This document shows, piece after piece, positions 35,327-44,090 of a DNA stretch of 64,000 bases (its first letter is position 1; each line of letters starts with the position of its first letter). A program made the position numbers and the translations under genes. A model generated the notes under the pieces. It did no database searches, was not told the DNA's origin, and worked only from the letters and a program-made list of their open reading frames with translations. Source of the stretch: a virus (lineage: Duplodnaviria > Caudoviricetes); IMG/VR virus record IMGVR_UViG_3300032373_000006, positions 3,739 through 67,738 of that record. The stretch is one strand, 5' to 3'.

Positions 35327-36370
35327 TTATGCTTCGCGAGTGATCAGGCGAGCCATTTTGATCTGCTTCCGCTCTGGGAAGACACGCTGCCAAGAAGCAG
35401 CCGCAGCCATCACAGTATTGGAAGGACCACCAGCAGGAGTCGCGCCTGCATAGGCGTGTCCTTTTGGGTGGAACCCCCAGCGGACGCGGTTGTAGAGGAT
35501 CTCTTGACCGTTACCGTTACCCGCTCCAGGCTGACGCTCGATTTCGACTGGTACGTCAGGAGAACCCTGAGCATACACCATCGCCCCAGCACCAAACATC
35601 CATGTCTCATAGATAGTGGAGGAGAACGGCACACCGTCATCAACAATAACTTCACGACCGAGGAAAGTCGGAACCTGAATTGCGAGGTTGTTGACGGAGT
35701 CGGAGACAAAGTCGATCAAGTTGTTCTTCAACGCCCTCGCATAAACGACAGAGTGCATCATAACCATGGAGAGGTCTTCCATCGAGTCACCCATTGTGAG
35801 GGTAGCGTCGATAAATGCTTCTGCAGAGAAGTCGGTCACACCTGCGGAGTAGGCTCCACCAGAGATGTCGACTGTCATGTCGTTCTGTACGTGCTCAGCG
35901 CCAGTAGGAGCAGCAGCGTTGTCGGCGAAGATACCATTCACGGTTGCGACGAAAGCAGCTTGCTGACGACGGACCCAGTAATCGGCGACGCGAGATTGGA
36001 TTGCAGCAGCAGGATCATCACCGGAAAGCAACTTTGCGAGTTGTTTGGTTGTCCATGACTGGTTGCGTTCCAGACGAACGGCGATTTCTGTGAATGTGCC
36101 GATTTTGCTCGGATCGGGATCGACCACACCACCTGAGAAGGTGTTGCGAATGGATTCATCGGCCGTGCGCTCCTCGTCATTGTCGAGGTCGTCATACGTT
36201 GGCATGTTGAATGTAAGACCGCCGCCATTCAGCTTGTCGCTCATTTCAGAGTCTGCAGCAACAGCGCCGGAACGGATGAGGCGGGATTTTTCCTCGGTTT
36301 CCTCAAGTGCATAAGGAGCGAAGATTTCGGGGACGACGATGTCCGCGATTGATGTGTGTCCTAAAGCCAT
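35327..36370 (-). CDS. Major capsid protein
   Basis: 347 aa; TSIADIVVPEIF, PTFLGREVIVDDG; follows the scaffold gene. Confidence 0.9.
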   Translation of the reverse strand: MALGHTSIADIVVPEIFAPYALEETEEKSRLIRSGAVAADSEMSDKLNGGGLTFNMPTYDDLDNDEERTADESIRNTFSGGVVDPDPSKIGTFTEIAVRLERNQSWTTKQLAKLLSGDDPAAAIQSRVADYWVRRQQAAFVATVNGIFADNAAAPTGAEHVQNDMTVDISGGAYSAGVTDFSAEAFIDATLTMGDSMEDLSMVMMHSVVYARALKNNLIDFVSDSVNNLAIQVPTFLGREVIVDDGVPFSSTIYETWMFGAGAMVYAQGSPDVPVEIERQPGAGNGNGQEILYNRVRWGFHPKGHAYAGATPAGGPSNTVMAAAASWQRVFPERKQIKMARLITREA

Positions 36371-36474
36371 GGAGAGATCCTTCCTATATGGTCATGGCGA
36401 GAGTTGATTTGCTGGCCCCATGACCGACAAGGAGAAAATGTCAAACGCAGATCCCATGATTGCGTTTGACAAAT

Positions 36475-36503
36475 TTGATACATCAGGTTGCTGAGTTTGA
36501 CAA
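36475..36503 (-). promoter_or_regulatory. Putative promoter TTGTCA-N17-TATCAA ahead of the structured MCP leader
   Basis: 17-bp spacing; the -10 box is imperfect. Confidence 0.4.
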
Positions 36504-36507
36504 CCTG

Positions 36508-37323
36508 TTATTTCTTTGGACGCGGCCCACCGATAGTAGTTCCAGCAGCTTTTGCCGCTGCCTCGGCCGCAGGACGGTCTGAGCGGATCAGAGCGCCTTG
36601 CTCAGTAACGTTCCAGCTGTCAGCCTTAAATGGGTTGGTAGAGCTAACGCCTCCTGGACCCATACCGCCAGCCCCACCACCGACGGATTCAGGCCACCAG
36701 TGCGGACGAACTTTCTGCATCTCTTTCATGAACTGATTGATGTCGGCTCCTGGAGTAACACCTTCCACCCCATCTTTGACGACCCAACGAGATGAATGTT
36801 CATCCTTCTCGAGGTAAGACTCGGCAACGAGTTCCACGTCTGGGATCGCAGTGCTGTGAACTTTCATTTCGGCCGCAGCTTTGCGGACAGCCGCATTGCG
36901 TTCGCTCTTCGTAAGAGTTCCGCTGAGGTTCCCGACATTTTCTTCCAGCTCTGCGTTCTTGGTCGTAAGCTCTTCGATTTGGCGGGTGAGTGGTGCAGTT
37001 TGAGTTTTCAGGCGGCTTTCCACGATCTTGTTAATCGCTTCGTCATCGAGCTTTCCACCAGCGGCGGCTTCCAGTTCCGCGACGCGATCGAGAGTGGCCT
37101 GAACTTCTTCTGGGTTCATGCCCTTGAAAGGCTTGAGATCAGCTTTCGTCTTGGCGTGGTCTTCACGCTCTTTGCGCAGACCTTCCTGAACGCGGTCAAT
37201 GTCTGCTTGGGTTTTCATACCCGAAATTCCTGTGAGAACGGCTTTGCCATCTTTCTCTGTGTAGAGTTTTTCAAAGCCTGCTGGGATCGCTCCCATGCTG
37301 TCGTACATTAGTTCCAGTTCCAT
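36508..37323 (-). CDS. Capsid scaffolding protein
   Basis: Coiled-coil; C-terminal NPFKADSWNVTEQG; between portal and MCP. Confidence 0.8.
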   Translation of the reverse strand: MELELMYDSMGAIPAGFEKLYTEKDGKAVLTGISGMKTQADIDRVQEGLRKEREDHAKTKADLKPFKGMNPEEVQATLDRVAELEAAAGGKLDDEAINKIVESRLKTQTAPLTRQIEELTTKNAELEENVGNLSGTLTKSERNAAVRKAAAEMKVHSTAIPDVELVAESYLEKDEHSSRWVVKDGVEGVTPGADINQFMKEMQKVRPHWWPESVGGGAGGMGPGGVSSTNPFKADSWNVTEQGALIRSDRPAAEAAAKAAGTTIGGPRPKK

Positions 37324-37373
37324 AACTGGTTCTCCTATATAGAGCGACTCCATAGTCGCGGGTTAATAGAGCA

Positions 37374-38873
37374 TCACGCTCCTGCTGCTGATCTTGGAGA
37401 TTGCTGTTGTTGCGTGTCGTCTCCAGGACCATTTTGGTCCGCACCTGCCATATCTGGCTTTTCCGGTACTTTGAACGCAAAATCCTCTTCCTGCTCAAGT
37501 TTGGCCTGAGCGAGTTCTTCTTCGTATGTCATGTCAGTCATATGCCGCTTTCTGGCAAGACTGTGCATTGATTTGGCTGTAAGTGGGAAGCCCAAGGTGC
37601 GAGCAGTTGCCATCTCGACCATTGTCTGTCCTGTGAGAGGCATCTCGCCAAATTCTTTATTGGCTGTTACAGACACTTCATCAGGGTTCTCACCCATCCA
37701 TTCAGCGCAAGTCTTTAGAATGTCTTGCAGCGCCATCGCACCAGTCTCAGCGATCTGGTTGAGGTCTGCTGTACGGCTCGCAACGCGGATACGCATTGAA
37801 TCACCGCTCTCACGCTCACGTGAGGTAGAGTCAAGTGTCTGTGCGCCCATCGTACCAGCGCGGCTCTCCAAGCGATCGAGGGACTCTCGCTGCTCTTTCA
37901 GCCCCTGAGAGGTCACACCGACATATTCTGCTGTGCCTCCCATTGGAAGATCTAGACGAGCGCCTGCTCCGAGCCGAACTTTCTCATCTTCATCAATATT
38001 CGCACCTGTGGTAACGAAAGTGTCCTGACCCTGCATGAACAGGTTTTGGCGATAATCAGCGTCTCCTCGGTATAGAGTAAGACAGAGGTTGCTGAGATCA
38101 AGCAAAACCGGCTCATCTGGGTCTGTAACGAGATCAACGGCGTTGACAATGACAAATGGTATCTTCGTGAGCGTTCTGCCCTTGTAGGACGGAGTGATCA
38201 GCTGTGATTCAACAAATGCACTGTCTTTGAACAAACCTTGGCGATAAACACCGAATGGATTGTTCTCATCTGGGTCACCGAGCACAAGAACACGATGCTG
38301 GGTCTGCAGGTCCCACATGAAGTTGTCTTTGCGCAGATGAGTTGTCTCATCTAGAATAACCATATTCAGCTGATCCATTGTCAGCTCGGTCGCGCCGCTG
38401 TCCCAGTTTTGGATTCTCTCCGCGCTATACGTCGACAAAATCGGCTGATCTGGTCCATCGCCCCTTACAAGCGGCAAATCGGCCATAACGCCGACTCGGC
38501 CAGCAATTAGTTGCTCGGAGTTGATCCGACGCAGAAAATCAGGCAAAGATTCGTTCTTACTGGAGCGAATGTTCTGCATCGCCTCTGGTAGCTCAATCTT
38601 GGGCGGCTGATTGTGCATCATGCCAACGGCCATTTGAACTGCTTCACGGACGAAATTGTGATACCGAGCTCGCATACGATATGACTCGTAGGCTTTTGCG
38701 CCGAGTTCTTCGGCAATGGGCCACCCGTCTTGAATATGAGCAGTGGTCGGAGGCAGATACAACTGACTCTTGCTCTTTACCTGACGCTCACCTTTATACG
38801 TGTCACGCATCTGAACCCAGATGGGCATCATCTGGACATAAAGAGGGTGACTTGACTGAAGACCATTTTGCAT
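37374..38873 (-). CDS. Portal protein (DUF4055-type)
   Basis: 499 aa directly after TerL; YLPPT...RARYHNF motif. Confidence 0.88.
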   Translation of the reverse strand: MQNGLQSSHPLYVQMMPIWVQMRDTYKGERQVKSKSQLYLPPTTAHIQDGWPIAEELGAKAYESYRMRARYHNFVREAVQMAVGMMHNQPPKIELPEAMQNIRSSKNESLPDFLRRINSEQLIAGRVGVMADLPLVRGDGPDQPILSTYSAERIQNWDSGATELTMDQLNMVILDETTHLRKDNFMWDLQTQHRVLVLGDPDENNPFGVYRQGLFKDSAFVESQLITPSYKGRTLTKIPFVIVNAVDLVTDPDEPVLLDLSNLCLTLYRGDADYRQNLFMQGQDTFVTTGANIDEDEKVRLGAGARLDLPMGGTAEYVGVTSQGLKEQRESLDRLESRAGTMGAQTLDSTSRERESGDSMRIRVASRTADLNQIAETGAMALQDILKTCAEWMGENPDEVSVTANKEFGEMPLTGQTMVEMATARTLGFPLTAKSMHSLARKRHMTDMTYEEELAQAKLEQEEDFAFKVPEKPDMAGADQNGPGDDTQQQQSPRSAAGA

Positions 38874-38880
38874 GAGCTCG

Positions 38881-38909
38881 AACCTATTCAGTTATTTTGC
38901 GGTTGACAA
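38881..38909 (-). promoter_or_regulatory. Promoter TTGTCA-N17-TAGGTT upstream of portal
   Basis: Consensus boxes with 17-bp spacing. Confidence 0.55.
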
Positions 38910-38920
38910 TGCATATTTTA

Positions 38921-40438
38921 TCAATGTGTCCCAGATGTTCCGCCAGATGTTGCTCGAGTGCCAGCAAAACGCACGAAATACCGAGTTTCGTCTGCGATGT
39001 GGTCCTCTGCGTCCGTATCGACGTCGTCTGGGTTTTTCTCATCTCGAGGAATGACTGGAATTCCCTCAATGAAGCTGACGCAGTTAGAAAACACGAAAAG
39101 AGCCGATTTTTCACGCGGGAAAATGGCGATCACGTTGCCGTCGGCATCTTTCTTCTTGTTTGGGCCAGCCTGCGACATCATCTGTCTCATCTGGTTCCAG
39201 CCAGTCACGCGGCTTCCAGGACGTTTATCAGCGGCGATCCACTGAATTCCTGGATATTTGTTGCCATCGTCAAGTCTCACCTTGACCTTCATGTCCGTAG
39301 CGATGCAATTTCCGTTCTCAGCCGCAAAAATCTGCGAATCAGCGACTCCAGGACGAACTCTGCACCAATTTTCTCCCATAGTGCGCCAGCCCCACTCCAA
39401 TTCGCGTTTTACGATGCCTTCTGCGATATCTGTAGCTAACATGTCCAAACCTTGGTTCGGTTTGTTCGGTTGGCAGCCATACCACTCTCTTACGCGAAAA
39501 ATATCGCCTTTTATTGTAGAACGCCACTTGTTAGGACCTATCTGGACGTCCTCGCCGTTGCTAATGGCCCACCAGCCCACGCTGAACGGCTTAGAGGCTC
39601 CCCAGTCAAAGCTCCTCGTAATCCTCCAGTTGTGTGGGATAGCAAATGGCTGCACGACGTTATATTTCGGGTCCCAGACATCGTCGAACATGCCACCGGA
39701 CATGATATTCCAGTCGCCTTCCAACCAAGCCTTCTTTTCAGCCTCATTTCGCGCAGATGCAGCGATTTTCTGCTTATATTCTGGGTCAGCTTCCAAGAGC
39801 GCGATATTTTCGTCAATATGACTGTGAATGCTCAGGCGAGCAGGCTCTTTCATGCCCTCTTCGTCGATCAGATCACGACGCACAATCATATTCATGCTGT
39901 TTGGCTTGAAACGGTGCTTCACCCAGTTGTGTCCCGGACCATATGGGTTGGTCGTGGCGCGAAGCATACGAGGCATACCCTTCGTAGAACTCCGACAGCA
40001 TGACATCATCCGCTTGTAGCCCTCATCCGTGGGCCAGTTGCAGAGTTCCTCCCAGCCGATCCATGGATACTCGTGTCCGTGATAGTTCCAGTAGTCGTCA
40101 GCCTTCATGAACTGTCGGAGAAGCAGTTTCTCCCCATCGGGCCATGTCCAACTCGAGTCTGACTGATTGAACTTCGCCTGAGGCCAAATCTGCGGAAACC
40201 ATTTCTGCGTCTTCGATATAACGTCGCCAAGCTGCTTGTAAGTCTGTCGGAATAGAATGCCCTTCCACGCCGACTTGTGGCCCTTTCCGACGTGATTCCC
40301 GAATGACATGAGCAGACAGTCGGTCTTCCCTCCGCCGCGTGTTCCCTCAAATAGGACTTCGAATATGGGCGTGGAAGACAAGAATGCTTCCTGAGATCCC
40401 GGCATCGGCTTCCAGATTACATTATCAGGGAACTTCAT
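38921..40438 (-). CDS. terL: Terminase large subunit
   Basis: Walker A EGTRGGGKT, Walker B IGWEE, TTNP, nuclease FDWG and EDHIADETRY. Confidence 0.93.
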   Translation of the reverse strand: MKFPDNVIWKPMPGSQEAFLSSTPIFEVLFEGTRGGGKTDCLLMSFGNHVGKGHKSAWKGILFRQTYKQLGDVISKTQKWFPQIWPQAKFNQSDSSWTWPDGEKLLLRQFMKADDYWNYHGHEYPWIGWEELCNWPTDEGYKRMMSCCRSSTKGMPRMLRATTNPYGPGHNWVKHRFKPNSMNMIVRRDLIDEEGMKEPARLSIHSHIDENIALLEADPEYKQKIAASARNEAEKKAWLEGDWNIMSGGMFDDVWDPKYNVVQPFAIPHNWRITRSFDWGASKPFSVGWWAISNGEDVQIGPNKWRSTIKGDIFRVREWYGCQPNKPNQGLDMLATDIAEGIVKRELEWGWRTMGENWCRVRPGVADSQIFAAENGNCIATDMKVKVRLDDGNKYPGIQWIAADKRPGSRVTGWNQMRQMMSQAGPNKKKDADGNVIAIFPREKSALFVFSNCVSFIEGIPVIPRDEKNPDDVDTDAEDHIADETRYFVRFAGTRATSGGTSGTH

Positions 40439-40799
40439 TTAGAACATACCACCCATCTTCTGTCCCCTGCATCAATCCATGACGAGACGGATGAGGATCA
40501 TGTGCCATTTCATTGTTTTCTCTATCCCAAACCACAACATGTCTAACTCCACGTGGTGAGATACCGCATCGTCCAACGAAACGAGGCCAGAAGTCTTTCT
40601 CTCGTGGATAGAAATTCAACTCTAATTTATGAATTTCTTCTAATTGTTCGAAGAATTCCATATTCCAAGTTTTCATGTCTTTTATAGGGTGGGGTAGATT
40701 CAGGTCTTTCCCAGCTAGAGTATATACCATCGCTCTAGTGCAGTCTCCATGAGTACCTTTCTCATTATCACTGTAGGTCTGCTGATCAAAGGTTAACAT
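40425..40799 (-). CDS. Papain-like (C39-type) cysteine-protease-fold protein
   Basis: GDCTRA (Cys), GISPRGVRHVVV (His), HDPHP (Asp). Confidence 0.5.
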   Translation of the reverse strand: MLTFDQQTYSDNEKGTHGDCTRAMVYTLAGKDLNLPHPIKDMKTWNMEFFEQLEEIHKLELNFYPREKDFWPRFVGRCGISPRGVRHVVVWDRENNEMAHDPHPSRHGLMQGTEDGWYVLNEVP

Positions 40800-40975
40800 T
40801 CTACGATCTCCCTGTATGAATCGTCCCGTACCATCGGAAATATTCTTTGATCTCGTCTCATTTTGATGGTCCCAATACGGGCGCACGCGCACCGCGTTTC
40901 TTCAAAAAGATTATACGCAGATTTGAGGTTGTTTGTAGCAACTCGCATCCAGGCCATGAATAAGACTTCGTACAT
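40793..40975 (-). CDS. Hypothetical protein (60 aa)
   Basis: Fills the gap in the co-directional gene chain. Confidence 0.45.
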   Translation of the reverse strand: MYEVLFMAWMRVATNNLKSAYNLFEETRCACARIGTIKMRRDQRIFPMVRDDSYREIVEC

Positions 40976-40978
40976 GGT

Positions 40979-41128
40979 CTACGAGGGTAGCGGTTCGTCA
41001 TAGCACCCGCAAGCCTCAAATTCAGGCGATTTGTCATGGATCGCCATGTAATCCCAGTCAGGACACAGGTGGACTCGGTTCTTCCCCTGATTCTTGTAGT
41101 ATTGGGCTAGGACTTCCTCGTGATCCAT
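40979..41128 (-). CDS. Small Cys-containing protein (49 aa)
   Basis: Manual translation MDHEEVLAQYYKNQGKNRVHLCPDWDYMAIHDKSPEFEACGC...; not in ORF track. Confidence 0.55.
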   Translation of the reverse strand: MDHEEVLAQYYKNQGKNRVHLCPDWDYMAIHDKSPEFEACGCYDEPLPS

Positions 41129-41363
41129 GTTCTCTTTCCACTGAATCATCTGTGAACCTCAATTGAGTGACATCAACCCAGCCGATCGCCTTCTTAGCGC
41201 GAACATAATGGCCTGCGTAATTCGCAGCTGATATCACGTTGTTTTCATGATCCACCCCGAGCAGACAAAAACTACCTCCTGGAGTTTCTGCTATAACGAT
41301 CCAGTTCCCTGGATACCGTCCGCCTTTTCGCGGGAATACTTTTCCGATCATCGATTTAGACAT
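41058..41363 (-). CDS. Hypothetical protein
   Basis: 101-aa ORF; 3' end overlaps the next small gene. Confidence 0.55.
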   Translation of the reverse strand: MSKSMIGKVFPRKGGRYPGNWIVIAETPGGSFCLLGVDHENNVISAANYAGHYVRAKKAIGWVDVTQLRFTDDSVEREHGSRGSPSPILQESGEEPSPPVS

Positions 41364-41485
41364 TGCTTAATCCACGTATGTGCCTCAGCAGGTGTCATGA
41401 AAGTCTTGCTGGAATACCGACCCTTATCGTCCCAGTAATGAGCGCGAACCCCTTGTCCAAGAGCGGTGATCTTTGGTTCTTTCAT
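41348..41485 (-). CDS. Small hypothetical protein (45 aa)
   Basis: MKEPKITALGQG... with GGAG SD; manual translation. Confidence 0.5.
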   Translation of the reverse strand: MKEPKITALGQGVRAHYWDDKGRYSSKTFMTPAEAHTWIKQCLNR

Positions 41486-41677
41486 TGTAGGCTCCGATTG
41501 CTATTTGGTAAGCGTAGCAGCTTGGGCTTCTCACGAAAAGCCTTATGTGTCTCTCGTTATTTTATTTCTCGTATATAGGATGCTAATGGTGTCTTGATGG
41601 CTGAAAGAGGGGGTGGGGGGAGTGCGCCCTTACCCCGCCAAGACTGGAAGCCGTTGGTGGGGCGGGGTTGCGTTGGC

Positions 41678-41782
41678 CTAGGGCGTTACACTTGCAAGTT
41701 GTGTAAGCACCTGTGCAACCAAGGGTGCAGCTAGTGCATAAATAATTACAACCGCAAGTAGTGGGGGTAAAATGCGTACCAT
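41678..41782 (-). CDS. Hydrophobic 34-aa peptide lacking Asp/Glu
   Basis: MVRILPPLLAVVIIYALAAPLVAQVLTQLASVTP with AAGGT SD; inside the GA/TC-free island. Confidence 0.5.
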   Translation of the reverse strand: MVRILPPLLAVVIIYALAAPLVAQVLTQLASVTP

Positions 41783-41812
41783 GGGGTAAACCTTTGTGTT
41801 GTGTGTGGGGGT

Positions 41813-41837
41813 GGCAGGGGCAACCGTTGCCCCTGCC
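41813..41837 (-). terminator. 12-bp perfect inverted repeat after the 124-aa gene
   Basis: GGCAGGGGCAAC-C-GTTGCCCCTGCC. Confidence 0.65.
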
Positions 41838-41846
41838 TTGGTTGTG

Positions 41847-42221
41847 TTAGCCCTTGGCAGGCACAGCTACCAAGTAGCCCTGTGCAGGGCGTAGGGGCCA
41901 CTGCGCGTGGGCGTTGCAGTTGGCGTTGGGCTTGGCGGCTGTGCCAAAGCCAGCGCTTGGCACCTTGCCCCCGCCCTGTTGCCAAGCGGCCAGCCCTGTA
42001 GCCAGTGCGCTTGCATACTGCGCTTGTGTAAAGCCTTGCTTGTGCTGGGCGGTTAGCGCCGTTGCCACCTTGTGCATGTAGCAGCGTATGCTATTGCCCG
42101 TTGCGTGCTTGGCGGGCCAAGGCCCCATTGTGTAGCGGGTTGCGCCCTGCGCGGCTGGTGCTGGTGCTGGTGCAGCCTTTTTAGCTGCGGTTGCCTTTGG
42201 TGCTGTTTTTGCGTTTGCCAT
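41847..42221 (-). CDS. Basic Ala/Lys-rich 124-aa protein with no Asp or Glu (putative early protein)
   Basis: AAGGT SD, own promoter and terminator; entirely within the GA/TC-free island. Confidence 0.75.
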   Translation of the reverse strand: MANAKTAPKATAAKKAAPAPAPAAQGATRYTMGPWPAKHATGNSIRCYMHKVATALTAQHKQGFTQAQYASALATGLAAWQQGGGKVPSAGFGTAAKPNANCNAHAQWPLRPAQGYLVAVPAKG

Positions 42222-42263
42222 TGTGTTGTTACCTTGTGTTGCGGCCCTTGCGTTATTGCTTGG

Positions 42264-42292
42264 CCTATACCTAGCCTAAAGGCAAAAGCCAA
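42264..42292 (-). promoter_or_regulatory. Promoter TTGGCT-N17-TATAGG (TC-free variant of the phage consensus)
   Basis: 17-bp spacing; upstream of 42221. Confidence 0.55.
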
Positions 42293-42360
42293 CCGACACA
42301 ACACCTTTTTTACATTTAATGACATTTAATTTAATGATTGTATTTTGGACACAGTGATGC

Positions 42361-43070
42361 AGAAAAGACACGAGTGGCCAGAAGAAGAAGAAGATGAGGA
42401 GCTCTCGGAGGCGACAGAAGAAGAGACAGACTCGGATTAAGTCACTCGGTCAAAATCGGTCGGTCGGTCAATCTTTCACTCGGTCTTCTTTTTCGTCGGT
42501 CGGGAAGATAAAGAAGATGGGCCTTCTATTTGATGAGGGAGCCGACGCACCCCACGATTGTCGGCTCCCTCTCAGCATCATATCAGGCAGATCGAGGTCA
42601 GGCAACCCACCCAATAACGACTCAACCCTAGTGGCGGAGGGGAGGACGCTGATTCCGTGAGAACGATGCACCCTGCGCGATAGCAGGTCTGCAGACTGTG
42701 ATAGTACCACCGAGGGTGAACGCCCAAGTGAGTAGATCAACCTCGTGGCGGAGGACGGACTTGTTGTCGGAGAGGGGACCTGTGAACGTGGGCTTCACCG
42801 CGCCGAATACTGCGCCTGCTGCGTTGAGAACGATGTTTGAGCTTTTCATGGACTTACCTTTCATACGTGGGTTACTACATACACGCTACCATCAGGAATT
42901 TACGGAAACAAGCATCCGTTATCTTCCTTTGTCTTCTTTATCCTCGTTTATCCTTATCCAGATCCAAGGAAGAAGAAATAGAAGAAGATGCCTTATGAGA
43001 TGTAGAGGAAGATACATTATTAGACGACGACCGACTCGGACAAACTCACTCGGTCAAAATCCATCGTCGG
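42361..43070. repeat. GA/TC-rich low-complexity zone with TCACTCGGTC repeats
   Basis: 16-mer TCACTCGGTCAAAATC at 42442-42457 and 43046-43061; 10-mer again at 42476-42485; GAA and CGGT runs. Confidence 0.85.
42628..42849 (-). CDS. Small hypothetical protein (73 aa)
   Basis: AAGGT SD; promoter TTGTTT-N17-TAGCGT at 42883-42911. Confidence 0.55.
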   Translation of the reverse strand: MKSSNIVLNAAGAVFGAVKPTFTGPLSDNKSVLRHEVDLLTWAFTLGGTITVCRPAIAQGASFSRNQRPPLRH

Positions 43071-43071
43071 T

Positions 43072-43686
43072 CTAATCTGTCTGGTCCTCAATTTCTTCAG
43101 GCATTGGAGAAACATCCTTCGCCTTTGCGAATCTTTTCTCCCAGTCATCGATGGATGCCATCTCAGCAGGAGCAACCAGAACACCGCCAGAGTGATTGAC
43201 TTTCATCTCTTGCTTTTCACGGTAGCCTTCGTCGTGCTTCTTCAGCTCCATCTCGATGAGGCGGATTGGGTAGACCGTTTCTTCGGAGACGAGGTTGCCG
43301 TTACGATCGTAGCTCTTCTTAATCGTCCCGTTGAATACCAAGTCTTGGTGATGCCCAATAAGCTTCTCCTGATACTCTTGCTCTGCCATCAGCATTGCCT
43401 CGGCGAATTCCTCGTCTGCTGCCATATGTTCACGCACACATTGCGGGGAAACACCCACGGAGGCTGCGCTCTCTCCCATCCGCCCCCACTTCCGATACTC
43501 ATCCAGGAATCTGCCTTTTTCTGCATCCCCGAACTTTATCCGGTCCATCTTTATCCGACGTCGCCACGTTCCGTCTTCATCTTGTTCTTCAATGACCACC
43601 ACTTTTGATCCACGGGAGAGAAGCGAGGTAGGTCGTTTCCGCACTTGGGCGTTGTCGTAGGTATCTTGGCTGTAATCATCTGGCAT
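43072..43686 (-). CDS. terS: Terminase small subunit
   Basis: HTH-like FLDEYRKWGRMGESAASVGVSPQCV...DEEFAEA and EMKVNHSGGVLV tail. Confidence 0.75.
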   Translation of the reverse strand: MPDDYSQDTYDNAQVRKRPTSLLSRGSKVVVIEEQDEDGTWRRRIKMDRIKFGDAEKGRFLDEYRKWGRMGESAASVGVSPQCVREHMAADEEFAEAMLMAEQEYQEKLIGHHQDLVFNGTIKKSYDRNGNLVSEETVYPIRLIEMELKKHDEGYREKQEMKVNHSGGVLVAPAEMASIDDWEKRFAKAKDVSPMPEEIEDQTD

Positions 43687-44090
43687 GGTTATCTGGGTCC
43701 TTATCTACGAGCGGGCGATGAAGAAGACGAAGAGATCGCTCCCGTCAGAACTATATTCATCATATGGCCCAAGAACAAGCCAGTTATCTCCCCGATTCTG
43801 CTACCTCTTTCGGTAAGGTCAGCAAATCAACCCTCTTAGGGCTCAAGTGGTTGTTTTAGTTATATTCTTTTTATTATTCTAAGAACTAAGAAAAAAGAGA
43901 TAGAACCATACTGACCACCAGCAACCAGACCTCAGCCACCAGACAGCCCCGCTTGGGCCAACTCAAAAAACGCAAAACGTCCGCTATTTGATATTAGTAA
44001 TTAGAATCCATCAAATATCATTTGCAAAACAACGCTCTAAGAGCTAACATCTATCCACGCCGACCACCCTCTAAGACCTTGGAGAATATC

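Larger units (their letters stand above)
41648..42295. other. GA/TC-dinucleotide-free island (648 bp)
   Basis: Line-by-line scan finds no GA or TC between the GA at 41647-48 and the GA at 42295-96. Confidence 0.95.

Noticed and set aside
42361-43070. Coding interpretation of ORFs 42394..42660, 42468..42740 and 42698..43075
   Set aside because: Low-complexity, repeat-derived Arg/Ser-rich translations without SD.
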